DNA of 32,000 nucleotides from Erysipelotrichaceae bacterium (GCA_963676105.1 OY781039.1:330001-362000), one strand, 5' to 3'; counted from the first letter of the stretch, positions 1-7,627 are shown. Translations and numbers: made by a program. Notes: generated from the sequence alone by a model not told the origin.

Positions 1-150
1 CAACAATAAAATAGACTCAAAGTCACATTCAGAAACTAAAGCAGCTAAGTCGACAATGTTGTAGTCATCAAAAACAGCGCGTATTTCAGAGTATTTACGA
101 GCTTCAATAATAGCTTTAAATATTTTGAGGTTCATTTTTTTCTTAGCCAT
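1..150 (-). CDS. MgtE-family Mg2+ transporter paralog, first 50 codons only (continues past window start)
   Basis: Absent from the ORF track because it runs off the edge. Reverse-strand ATG at 150-148 reads MAKKKMNLKIFKAIIEARKYSEIRAVFDDYNIVDLAALVSECDFESILLL with no stop before position 1. It aligns with the N-terminus of the upstream MgtE (AIESKEYKRIRTFFDDTNIVDAASMV). Its start overlaps the upstream stop as TAATG. Confidence 0.6.
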   Translation of the reverse strand, partial: MAKKKMNLKIFKAIIEARKYSEIRAVFDDYNIVDLAALVSECDFESILLL

Positions 151-1511
151 TAAAATAACCTCATAAAGTAGGTCGCAATACTAAAGTATGCGATGAGTGA
201 TAATGCATCAACTAAAGTCGTAATTAAAGGACCAGCCATAGTGGCAGGATCTTGTTTAAGCCAAATTGCAAATAATGGTAGTAAACCACCAACTAGATTC
301 GCACTCAATATCACAATCAATACGGTAAAGGATACCAGTAAGGCAATACTCCAACCAACATCAGGCATAAATAAGCCAATACGTAGGGTATTGATGATAA
401 ATAGAATGGATCCGATGAGTAAGGAAACTGTTAATTCTTTTCGAATAATTGAAAACGCATCCTTTAAACCCATATCATCGATGATGATTCCACGAATGAC
501 CATGGAAGAAGCTTGTGAACCAGCATTACCCCCTGTATCCATTAACATAGGAATAAATATCGCTAAAGTTGGGATTAAAACGAGTAACTCTTGATTACTT
601 GAAACGATGTAACCTGTAAAGGTGGCAGATATCATTAAAACCATTAACCAAGGTAATCGTGATTTAACGATCTCTATAGTATTTGTTTTTAAATACGAGT
701 CGCTAATAGGATTCATTGATCCCATTTTATGGAAATCCTCCGTTGCCTCTTCTTCAAAAACGTCTAAGATATCATCAACGGTAATAATTCCTAAAATAAC
801 ACCGGTACTATCAACGACAGGAATAGCTGTAATATCATATTTTGAAATGAGTTTTGCAGCTTCTTCTTGGTCATCTGTTGTAAATACAGAATGAACATCA
901 CTTTCCATGATGTCTGCAATTCTAATTAAATCTTGGGCAAATAAAATTTCTTTAAATTCTACAACACCTGTTAAACGATTTCTATCATCCGTGATATAAC
1001 ACCATGCGATTGTTTCAGCCAGTTTACCTTGACGTGATATTTTGCGCATCGCTTGTTCAACAGTCGTATTAGAGCGAAGGGTAATAAATTCATTACTCAT
1101 GATAGATCCACATGAATTCTCTTCATAACTTAAGAAAGTATTAATATCTTTTCTAAGTTCTGCTGAAGCAGAATTTAAAATCTTCATGACTAATTCATCA
1201 GGTAATTCACTTAAAATTTCATTCAAGTCATCTGAATAGAGTTCTTCAAGTAATTTATGAAGCGTTTCAGGTTGAATATGGTTAGTTAAACGCTCAACCG
1301 TATCAGGATCTAAATAAGTTAAAAGTTCAGCTCCAATGTCTTTTCTTAATATTTTAAATAAGTGTAAAAGTTGGTCGGTCTCAAGGGGATCAACCATGCT
1401 TGCCGCATCAACAATATTGGTATCATCAAAAAACGTACGAATACGTTTATATTCTTTTGATTCAATGGCTTGCGAAAGAATTTCGACATTAAAGATTTCT
1501 GTTTGTTCCAT
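150..1511 (-). CDS. mgtE: Mg2+ transporter MgtE (N-domain, CBS pair, C-terminal membrane domain)
   Basis: ORF 150..1691 trimmed to the internal ATG at 1511 (MEQTEIFNVE...). The 60 upstream codons cross the divergent promoter region and the DUF1893 start. It has the CBS-like DITAIPVVD motif and the membrane motifs PMLMDTGGNAGSQ and ITTLVDALSL typical of MgtE. Confidence 0.9.
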   Translation of the reverse strand: MEQTEIFNVEILSQAIESKEYKRIRTFFDDTNIVDAASMVDPLETDQLLHLFKILRKDIGAELLTYLDPDTVERLTNHIQPETLHKLLEELYSDDLNEILSELPDELVMKILNSASAELRKDINTFLSYEENSCGSIMSNEFITLRSNTTVEQAMRKISRQGKLAETIAWCYITDDRNRLTGVVEFKEILFAQDLIRIADIMESDVHSVFTTDDQEEAAKLISKYDITAIPVVDSTGVILGIITVDDILDVFEEEATEDFHKMGSMNPISDSYLKTNTIEIVKSRLPWLMVLMISATFTGYIVSSNQELLVLIPTLAIFIPMLMDTGGNAGSQASSMVIRGIIIDDMGLKDAFSIIRKELTVSLLIGSILFIINTLRIGLFMPDVGWSIALLVSFTVLIVILSANLVGGLLPLFAIWLKQDPATMAGPLITTLVDALSLIAYFSIATYFMRLF

Positions 1512-1560
1512 CAATTTTATTTTAAAGGCTAAGTGTCTATTAACCAAACAAAAAGTGCTT

Positions 1561-1589
1561 AATATCACAAAGACTTTACGAAACTTGAA
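1561..1589 (-). promoter_or_regulatory. Candidate sigma-A promoter for mgtE (TTCAAG-17-GATATT with a TGT extension)
   Basis: The reverse strand reads TTCAAG (1589-1584), a 17-nt spacer ending in TGT, then GATATT (1566-1561). This gives a leader of about 43 nt with no Shine-Dalgarno sequence. Confidence 0.3.
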
Positions 1590-1644
1590 AAATTTTCTTA
1601 AAATCCTTGACTTAGACTTAACTCTAGGGTTTAGGATAGTAGAT

Positions 1645-2073
1645 ATGAACAGAGATATTGAACAAGCAAAACAGATTTTAGATGAGAACAACTTTACCTG
1701 TGTATTGGTTAAGGGAGATAGTGTATATACATCAAATAAAAAAGGCGTAGCACCTGTCCTTGATTTAATGAGTGATAAAACTGATTTAAATGGGTATTCA
1801 CTTGCGGATCGAGTGATTGGTAAAAGTGTGGCCTATTTAGTGGTCCATGCGGGAATCAAAGAAGTGAATACCATAATGATTTCAAAACATGCCCTTGAAG
1901 TATTTGAAAAATATCAAATACCATTTACATATAATAAATTAGTAGATCGTATTTTAAATAATGCACAAGATGGCTTTTGTCCAATGGAATCAACAGTCTT
2001 AAATGAAGATAATCCTGAAAAAGCTTTTGTATTATTAGAAAATAAATTAAAAGAACTTAGAAAGGGGATTTAA
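1645..2073 (+). CDS. DUF1893 (TM1506-like) domain protein
   Basis: ORF 1336..2073 trimmed to the ATG at 1645 (MNRDIEQAKQILDENNFTCVLVKGD...), with AGGA 8 nt upstream. The pattern KKGVAPVLDL...LADRVIGKSVAYL...GIKEV...ISKHALEVF...GFCPMES matches my recollection of DUF1893 proteins. The earlier part of the ORF is antisense to mgtE. Confidence 0.75.
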   Translation: MNRDIEQAKQILDENNFTCVLVKGDSVYTSNKKGVAPVLDLMSDKTDLNGYSLADRVIGKSVAYLVVHAGIKEVNTIMISKHALEVFEKYQIPFTYNKLVDRILNNAQDGFCPMESTVLNEDNPEKAFVLLENKLKELRKGI

Positions 2074-2075
2074 GA

Positions 2076-3185
2076 ATGGAAAGAATTAAAAAGAATTTTG
2101 GATTTGGTTGTATGCGTCTTCCAATGAATGGAGACAAAGTGAACACAGAAGAGTTTACAAAAATGGTGGATACCTTTATTGATGAAGGGTTTAACTATTT
2201 TGATACAGCTCATGGTTATTTAAAAGGTGAAAGTGAGAAAGCGATAAAGGAATGTTTAACATCACGTCATGATCGAAGTGAATATTTACTCGCTAATAAA
2301 TTAACTGCACCATATTTTGAAACAGAAGCAGATGTTAAACCGTTTTTTGAGTCACAACTAGAACTTTGTGGTGTAGATTACTTTGATTTTTATCTAATGC
2401 ATGCGCAAAGTAGTAAGAATTTTGGTCATTTTAAAGAATGCCGTGCTTATGAACAAGCTTTTGAACTCAAAGAAGCAGGAAAAATAAGACATGTGGGTAT
2501 GTCATTTCATGATCAGGCAAGTGTACTAGATCAAATCTTAACAGAGTATCCACAAATTGAATTTGTCCAAATTCAATTCAACTATCTTGATTTAGATGAT
2601 CCAGCGATTGAATCACGCAAATGTGCACAAGTTTGTTTGAAACACAAAAAACCTATGGTTATCATGGAACCTGTTAAAGGTGGAAATTTAGTTAATATGC
2701 CTGAACCTGCATTAAAAATTTTAAGTGATTTAAATGGTGGCTCAGCTGCCAGTTATGCGATTCGTTTTGCGGCAAGTCAAGAAGGTGTGATGATGGTCTT
2801 ATCGGGAATGAGTGATATGGATCAAATGAAAGATAATCTATCAACCATGAAAGATTTTGTACCGCTCAATAAAGAAGAATACAAAGCGGTTGATGAAGTC
2901 AGACATTATTTTAAATCATTAAATCTCATTGGTTGTACTGCGTGTCAATATTGTGTGGAAGGATGTCCTGAACAAATTTTGATCCCAAATATTTTCACGG
3001 CTATGAATAATTATCACTTATTTAAAAATTGGCATAACATCAAATACTATAACGAAGTCCTCACAGTAGATGGACATGGTAAAGCATCTGATTGCATAAA
3101 ATGTGGTGAGTGTGAAGCGGTTTGTCCACAACATTTACCAATCAGAGATTTACTCGTTCAAGCAGCACAAACATTCGAACAATAA
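2076..3185 (+). CDS. Aldo/keto reductase fused to a 2x[4Fe-4S] ferredoxin-like C-terminus (COG1453-type oxidoreductase)
   Basis: The N-terminus has AKR motifs (GFGCMRLP, FDTAHGY, YLMH). The C-terminus has two CxxCxxCxxxCP motifs (CTACQYCVEGCP and CIKCGECEAVCP). The start lies 2 nt after the DUF1893 stop, preceded by AAGGGGA. Confidence 0.85.
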   Translation: MERIKKNFGFGCMRLPMNGDKVNTEEFTKMVDTFIDEGFNYFDTAHGYLKGESEKAIKECLTSRHDRSEYLLANKLTAPYFETEADVKPFFESQLELCGVDYFDFYLMHAQSSKNFGHFKECRAYEQAFELKEAGKIRHVGMSFHDQASVLDQILTEYPQIEFVQIQFNYLDLDDPAIESRKCAQVCLKHKKPMVIMEPVKGGNLVNMPEPALKILSDLNGGSAASYAIRFAASQEGVMMVLSGMSDMDQMKDNLSTMKDFVPLNKEEYKAVDEVRHYFKSLNLIGCTACQYCVEGCPEQILIPNIFTAMNNYHLFKNWHNIKYYNEVLTVDGHGKASDCIKCGECEAVCPQHLPIRDLLVQAAQTFEQ

Positions 3186-3206
3186 AGCCCAAAAAGGGCT
3201 TTTTTT
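3185..3206 (+). terminator. Rho-independent terminator
   Basis: AAGCCC-AAAAA-GGGCTT hairpin followed by a T-run, directly after the stop codon. Confidence 0.8.
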
Positions 3207-3356
3207 AAATATATTAAGCATTTTAATATTTATATATGAGTAAATATGTATATAATATTCAATATTAATGAATATAAAATTCAAATCACATTAATTGTTG
3301 ATTTTAAAAGTTTTATAATAATCATAGAATCTTTTTTCAAAGAAAGGGGAGTTTAA

Positions 3357-5009
3357 ATGATTATGAAGCGTATACGTTATTTTCTAATGTTTGTTTTATT
3401 AGCAATCGTTTCAGTACTAATCATGGTGCTTCCCAGTGAAAATTTATTAATCCAACTCAATGATATTCATGAACTTGACTTAGAGTGGACGATTGAATTT
3501 GAAGATGGACAAACGGATACCATTCATTTACCTCAATCATATAATGGTAAAACAAATGAAGTCTATGTATATACAGCGACGATTCCAGAACACTTACGTA
3601 ATGGAATAAGTATGCGTATTCGATCATCAATGCAGGAAATTCAAGTCTATATCGATAATCAAATTGTATTTGATAATACTTATTTAGAAAATGAAGGCCC
3701 ACTATTTGCGCCAGTCGCAAGTCTTTGGTATTTTATCGACCTAAGTGGCTGTGATGATGGCTGTGATATAAAAATTGTTAATTCATCACCTGTTTCCACA
3801 ATGTCAGGTATGCTTAATACCATCTATTACGGAGATGAAGGGGATTTAAAAGCTGAGATTTTAGCAGCTAATGCTTGGAATGTGTTGTTTGCGGTTATTG
3901 TATTAGTGGTTAGTTTTGTTGGTTTTTTAGCTGATATCTTTTTGAATAGTACTGATTCAAAACGTTTGGTTTATCTAAATATCTTTTTCTTTTCCATTAG
4001 TGTATGGATTCTATCTGAATTAAATGTACTTCAATTTATTATTTCTAGTCGCTTTATCATTGGTAGTATTAGCTATTTAATGATACCTGTTATGTTTACT
4101 TCCTTTATACAATTTTTGAAAATCGTTTCTTTAGATCGTTATCGTAAACCATTAGATTGGATATCAGTCGGTTTTATTTTATATCTAATTTATGATTTGA
4201 TATCGACCATATTTTTCAACTTCCATCATTTTGAAAACATGTTCTATTTAATTGTTTATGCATCTATCACTTTATTCATCTTGCTTGTATTGCTTATTTA
4301 TGATGCCTTTATTATTCACAATAAAGAATCCTTAAGATACTTATTAGCGATTTCTGTCTTGTTGTTAGCTACAACCGTTACAGTCTTACGATTCTTATTG
4401 AATGATGTCAATAACATGGCAGATGGCATGATATTTGGTTTAGCAGTGTTTGTTGCATATTTGGTATATGACACGCTGATTTATATAAAGCGTATGTTAA
4501 GACTTGAAGGTGAAGCGCATTATCTAAAAAATATTGCTTATAAAGATGTTTTAACGGGCGGATTAAATCGCACTAAATATGAAGAAGATATTGATAATCA
4601 TTTAAATAGTTTTGAAAAACCACATTTCAGATTGGTGTTCTTAGATATTAACAATTTAAAAATGATAAATGATCAATTAGGTCATGATATTGGCGATTTT
4701 GTGATCAATGAATTCTATAAACAAATGACTATATCATTTGAAGGTGTTGAAGGATCATATTGTTATCGCATCGGTGGTGATGAGTTTGCGATTATCATGG
4801 ATAACACTCAAGAATCTATTTACAATGACTGTTTAAATGATTTTGTAAGTCAGCTTAAGGATGTTTCATCAAATCATGAATATGACATTGAAGGTGCAAT
4901 CGCTAGTGATGTATTTGACTTTACGACTAGTTTTGCTGAGTTTAAACGATCTGTTGATCTAAAGATGTATGAACATAAACAACAGACCAAAACTTTTAAT
5001 TACCGATAA
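3357..5009 (+). CDS. Membrane diguanylate cyclase: extracellular N-domain, 7 TM helices, GGDEF domain (7TMR-DISM architecture)
   Basis: It has a signal anchor, an extracytoplasmic region of about 150 aa, seven hydrophobic segments by eye, and a C-terminal GGDEF domain with an intact RIGGDEF A-site. There is no RxxD I-site upstream of GGDEF (the sequence is EGSYCYRIGGDEF). The RBS AGGGGAG lies 5 nt upstream. Confidence 0.85.
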   Translation: MIMKRIRYFLMFVLLAIVSVLIMVLPSENLLIQLNDIHELDLEWTIEFEDGQTDTIHLPQSYNGKTNEVYVYTATIPEHLRNGISMRIRSSMQEIQVYIDNQIVFDNTYLENEGPLFAPVASLWYFIDLSGCDDGCDIKIVNSSPVSTMSGMLNTIYYGDEGDLKAEILAANAWNVLFAVIVLVVSFVGFLADIFLNSTDSKRLVYLNIFFFSISVWILSELNVLQFIISSRFIIGSISYLMIPVMFTSFIQFLKIVSLDRYRKPLDWISVGFILYLIYDLISTIFFNFHHFENMFYLIVYASITLFILLVLLIYDAFIIHNKESLRYLLAISVLLLATTVTVLRFLLNDVNNMADGMIFGLAVFVAYLVYDTLIYIKRMLRLEGEAHYLKNIAYKDVLTGGLNRTKYEEDIDNHLNSFEKPHFRLVFLDINNLKMINDQLGHDIGDFVINEFYKQMTISFEGVEGSYCYRIGGDEFAIIMDNTQESIYNDCLNDFVSQLKDVSSNHEYDIEGAIASDVFDFTTSFAEFKRSVDLKMYEHKQQTKTFNYR

Positions 5010-5014
5010 ACTTT

Positions 5015-5035
5015 AGCCTCGAGAGAGGTTTTTTT
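5015..5035 (+). terminator. Rho-independent terminator (short stem)
   Basis: AGCCTC-GAGA-GAGGTT hairpin (4 GC/AU pairs plus a G.U and an A-U pair) followed by T7. Confidence 0.55.
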
Positions 5036-5059
5036 AATGATTCATACTGTTTTTTATAG

Positions 5060-5119
5060 AAAATTAAATTAAAAATTAAATATATTAATAAAATAATTAA
5101 AATAATTAATTTAATAATT
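5060..5119. promoter_or_regulatory. 60-nt uninterrupted A/T tract abutting a -35 box (UP-element-like or curved DNA)
   Basis: Positions 5060-5119 contain no G or C. The tract carries reiterated AATTAAAT and ATAATTAA units and runs straight into TTGACA. Confidence 0.4.
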
Positions 5120-5145
5120 GACAAATATAATTAAAAGTTTAATAT
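5118..5145 (+). promoter_or_regulatory. Sigma-A type promoter TTGACA-16-TAATAT
   Basis: TTGACA at 5118-5123 and TAATAT at 5140-5145. The predicted start near 5151-5152 leaves only about 8 nt and no SD before the ATG at 5160. Confidence 0.5.
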
Positions 5146-5159
5146 AGTAGATGTAAGCT

Positions 5160-5423
5160 ATGAAAAAGAAAATTAAAGTACGCATCAATACACCAGACGT
5201 TAAATTAAACTTACCAGCTATGCCTTTATGGATGCTTAGTAAGTTAAGTGGTTTTATGATTAAACATATTGATGATGATGCGACAAAACAAAAAATAAAA
5301 GAGAATAAAGCTTTAATAAAGCAATTCTTTAAGAATCTTAATAAAGCCTTAGATGATTATGAGCCATTTACTTTAGTTGAAGTAGATAGTGATGACACAC
5401 ATATAAAAATTGATGTTTTATAA
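5160..5423 (+). CDS. Small hypothetical protein, a stand-alone copy of the C-terminal domain of the 124-aa SHOCT-like protein
   Basis: No SD sequence. Coding status is supported by motif-level similarity to residues 45-124 of ORF 5973..6347: IKVRINTPDVKLNLPAMPL matches IRVVVDSKEGEKVRVNVPL, and LVEVDSDDTHIKIDV matches LVTVDTEEGDHVRIFI. Confidence 0.55.
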   Translation: MKKKIKVRINTPDVKLNLPAMPLWMLSKLSGFMIKHIDDDATKQKIKENKALIKQFFKNLNKALDDYEPFTLVEVDSDDTHIKIDVL

Positions 5424-5435
5424 GGAGGTAATCTT

Positions 5436-5594
5436 ATGAAAAACAAGTTCAATCATTTAAATCGCAAACATAAAAAACATTTAAAGAAATTACAATCATG
5501 TGTCGAGTTGAATAAAAAGAGATGTGATTGTAGAAATGACAAATCTAGTGAAGAATGGTTTATGGTGGAATCGTTTGTGATTAGAGTGTACTAA
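5436..5594 (+). CDS. Unlisted 52-aa basic, Cys-containing micro-protein
   Basis: Below the ORF-track cutoff. A perfect AAGGAGG lies 5-6 nt upstream of the ATG at 5436. Translation: MKNKFNHLNRKHKKHLKKLQSCVELNKKRCDCRNDKSSEEWFMVESFVIRVY, ending in TAA at 5592-5594. It fills the gap between two genes of the same operon. Confidence 0.6.
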   Translation: MKNKFNHLNRKHKKHLKKLQSCVELNKKRCDCRNDKSSEEWFMVESFVIRVY

Positions 5595-5605
5595 AGGAGA
5601 GCTTG

Positions 5606-5971
5606 ATGAAAAATGAAGTTATTGGCACATGTCCAGTGTGCGCAAATAAATTAACAGTAACGCGTCTAAGTTGTTCACATTGTCATACTGAAATAACTGG
5701 TGATTTTGCATTATCAAAATTCTCTTATCTTGATAAAGAAGAACTTTATTTTGTCGAAACATTTCTAAAAGCTGAAGGTAATATCAAGGAAATGGAAAGA
5801 CTACTCGATGTTTCTTACCCAACCGTTAAAAAAATGTTAGCTAATGTTTTAGGAAAAATGGGCTATGATGCGAAACCTGTTAGTGAAGTAGATGAAGCAG
5901 ATATATTAGAGCGTTTACGCAAAAAAGAAATCAGTGTAAAAGAAGCGAGTGAGCTTTTGAAAGGTAAATAA
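5606..5971 (+). CDS. DUF2089 protein (Zn-ribbon, HTH, C-terminal SHOCT-like helix pair)
   Basis: CPVC...CSHC zinc-ribbon followed by DKEELYFVETFLKAEGNIKEMERLLDVSYPTVKKML, typical of DUF2089. I prefer the ATG at 5606 (AGGAGA 5 nt upstream) over the TTG at 5603 used by the track. Confidence 0.8.
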   Translation: MKNEVIGTCPVCANKLTVTRLSCSHCHTEITGDFALSKFSYLDKEELYFVETFLKAEGNIKEMERLLDVSYPTVKKMLANVLGKMGYDAKPVSEVDEADILERLRKKEISVKEASELLKGK

Positions 5972-5972
5972 A

Positions 5973-6347
5973 ATGAACTCAAAAGAACAAATCTTAAATA
6001 TGGTTAAAGAAGGAACAATTAGTGTTGAAGAAGGTTTAGAACTCATTAATGCGTTAGATTCAAAAACAGAGACTGTTAAAACACCTCAAACAAAACCTTT
6101 AGGTAAGAGAATGATACGTGTGGTAGTAGATAGTAAAGAGGGTGAAAAGGTAAGAGTTAATGTTCCTTTATCATTGGCAAAAATCGGTTTAGATTTAGGA
6201 TCTCAATTAAATATTGATGGTCAAAAATTAAATTTACAAGGTATAGACTTAGATAAAATTATTGATCAAATTGATGAAGATACACATGGAGAACTTGTCA
6301 CAGTTGATACTGAAGAAGGTGATCATGTACGCATTTTTATTGATTAA
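5973..6347 (+). CDS. SHOCT-like (YvlB/LiaX N-terminal type) domain protein with a beta-rich C-terminal domain
   Basis: The N-terminus KEQILNMVKEGTISVEEGLELINAL matches the SHOCT-like pattern and the C-terminus of the preceding DUF2089 protein (EADILERLRKKEISVKEASELLKG). The start lies 1 nt after the upstream stop. Confidence 0.7.
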   Translation: MNSKEQILNMVKEGTISVEEGLELINALDSKTETVKTPQTKPLGKRMIRVVVDSKEGEKVRVNVPLSLAKIGLDLGSQLNIDGQKLNLQGIDLDKIIDQIDEDTHGELVTVDTEEGDHVRIFID

Positions 6348-6361
6348 ATAGTGAAAAGCAT

Positions 6362-7591
6362 ATGACAAATACAAAACAATCATTTTGGAATCGAAATATA
6401 ATTACGCTACTTGGTAGTCGAGTTACTTCTGATTTAGGAGATATCTTCTATCAAGTTGCGATTGGTTTTTGGGTATACGCCGAAACGGGTTCTATGGCTT
6501 TAATGGGTGTCATGGCATCGATTGGCTTATTTGTGAATATGTTTTTAAATCCAGTAGGTGGAGTTATCGTTGATCGTTTAAATCGTAAGAATTTATTGAT
6601 TTTTGGCGATCTAGCTCAAGCAGGACTTATGCTACTCGTTGGGTTTATTGCATTATCTAAGCATTTAACAATCCCAATAGTCTTTGTCGTCGCATTTCTA
6701 GTTTCGCTAGCTGGCTCTTTTTATTCACCCGCAGTGATGACTGTTATGTTGGATATGATTGATAAATCTCAGATTGTTCAAGCGCAATCGAGTTTTTCTG
6801 GTTTAACCAATTTAATTAGACTTGTCGGTAAGGGATTATCTGGTGTACTAGTCATTACACTAGGTGTGCCACTTATGATTATCTTTAATGGACTATCGAA
6901 TTTAATTGCTGCAATCCTAATTTGGACATTAAAAATTAAAATCAAGCATGATCCAAAAGATAAAATAACCATTAAATCTATCTATATTGATCTTCTTTCT
7001 GGAGCTAAACTTAGTTTTACAATGCCAGGACTAAATCTACTACTGATTTGTGCGATTCTTGCGAACTTTTTTGGAGCTGGATATCTAGAGTTATTAATTC
7101 CAATAAGTTTCTTAAAGGGTTTAAGTGAAACACAGTATGGTTTATTTACAATGAGTAATACGGCTGCGGCTTTGCTCGGCGCGTTTATATTATCCTTCTA
7201 TCCAGTTCCTAAGAAATATAAAATGTTTCTATTTGTCTTTTCATTTGTGGCAGCGGCAGTGTTCGTAATATTTGGGTTTTTAAGTTATGGTTTTTATTCT
7301 TTTACCATTTTCTTTTTTATAGGTGAATTATTTAGTGTGATTGGTAATACTTTGCTTACATCTACCTTAATGATTGCAGCACCTGAAGATAAAAGGGCAA
7401 CAATCTTTGGGTTTCTTTCCTCATTTTCAATAGGTGGTATAGCGTTATCAACTTTAACTTATGGATTTCTTTCAAATATCTACTCAATCATAACAATCAG
7501 TATTGTTGGTACGATCTTAAGTACACTGTGTTTAGTTCCACTTTTTATATCACCACAGGTTAAAAATCTAATAACAATTGAAAGTAATTAG
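6362..7591 (+). CDS. MFS transporter (12-TM, EntS/MFS_3-like)
   Basis: The 409-aa protein is hydrophobic throughout. It has the MFS loop motif GGVIVDRLNRKN between TM2 and TM3. Confidence 0.85.
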   Translation: MTNTKQSFWNRNIITLLGSRVTSDLGDIFYQVAIGFWVYAETGSMALMGVMASIGLFVNMFLNPVGGVIVDRLNRKNLLIFGDLAQAGLMLLVGFIALSKHLTIPIVFVVAFLVSLAGSFYSPAVMTVMLDMIDKSQIVQAQSSFSGLTNLIRLVGKGLSGVLVITLGVPLMIIFNGLSNLIAAILIWTLKIKIKHDPKDKITIKSIYIDLLSGAKLSFTMPGLNLLLICAILANFFGAGYLELLIPISFLKGLSETQYGLFTMSNTAAALLGAFILSFYPVPKKYKMFLFVFSFVAAAVFVIFGFLSYGFYSFTIFFFIGELFSVIGNTLLTSTLMIAAPEDKRATIFGFLSSFSIGGIALSTLTYGFLSNIYSIITISIVGTILSTLCLVPLFISPQVKNLITIESN

Positions 7592-7613
7592 GTACTTCGG
7601 TGCTTTTTCTTTT
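7590..7613 (+). terminator. Weak candidate terminator
   Basis: AGGTAC-TTCG-GTGCTT hairpin (two G.U pairs) followed by TTTTTCTTTT. Confidence 0.35.
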
Positions 7614-7627
7614 GAAAACGTTTTCCA
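7612..7627. promoter_or_regulatory. cre / LacI-family operator palindrome GAAAACGTTTTC
   Basis: TTGAAAACGTTTTCCA contains a perfect 12-bp palindrome at 7614-7625. TGAAAACGTTTTCC fits the cre consensus TGWAANCGNTNWCA except at the last base. It shares the AAAACGTTTT core with the sites at 16030-16055. Confidence 0.55.

Noticed and set aside
193-894. Plus-strand ORFs 193..594 and 622..894
   Set aside because: They are antisense to the well-supported mgtE gene. Their composition is low-complexity, they lack an RBS, and they show no recognisable motifs. They are frame shadows typical of AT-rich DNA.
1336-1644. N-terminal extensions of ORF 1336..2073 and of ORF 150..1691 (1512..1691)
   Set aside because: The two extensions overlap each other on opposite strands. 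Homology-like sequence begins only at the internal ATGs (1645 and 1511). The extensions would bury the divergent promoter region.
1512-1644. M-box (Mg2+) riboswitch upstream of mgtE
   Set aside because: The region is only about 130 nt and very AT-rich. I could not find the conserved G/C-rich M-box segments. A covariance-model scan would settle it.
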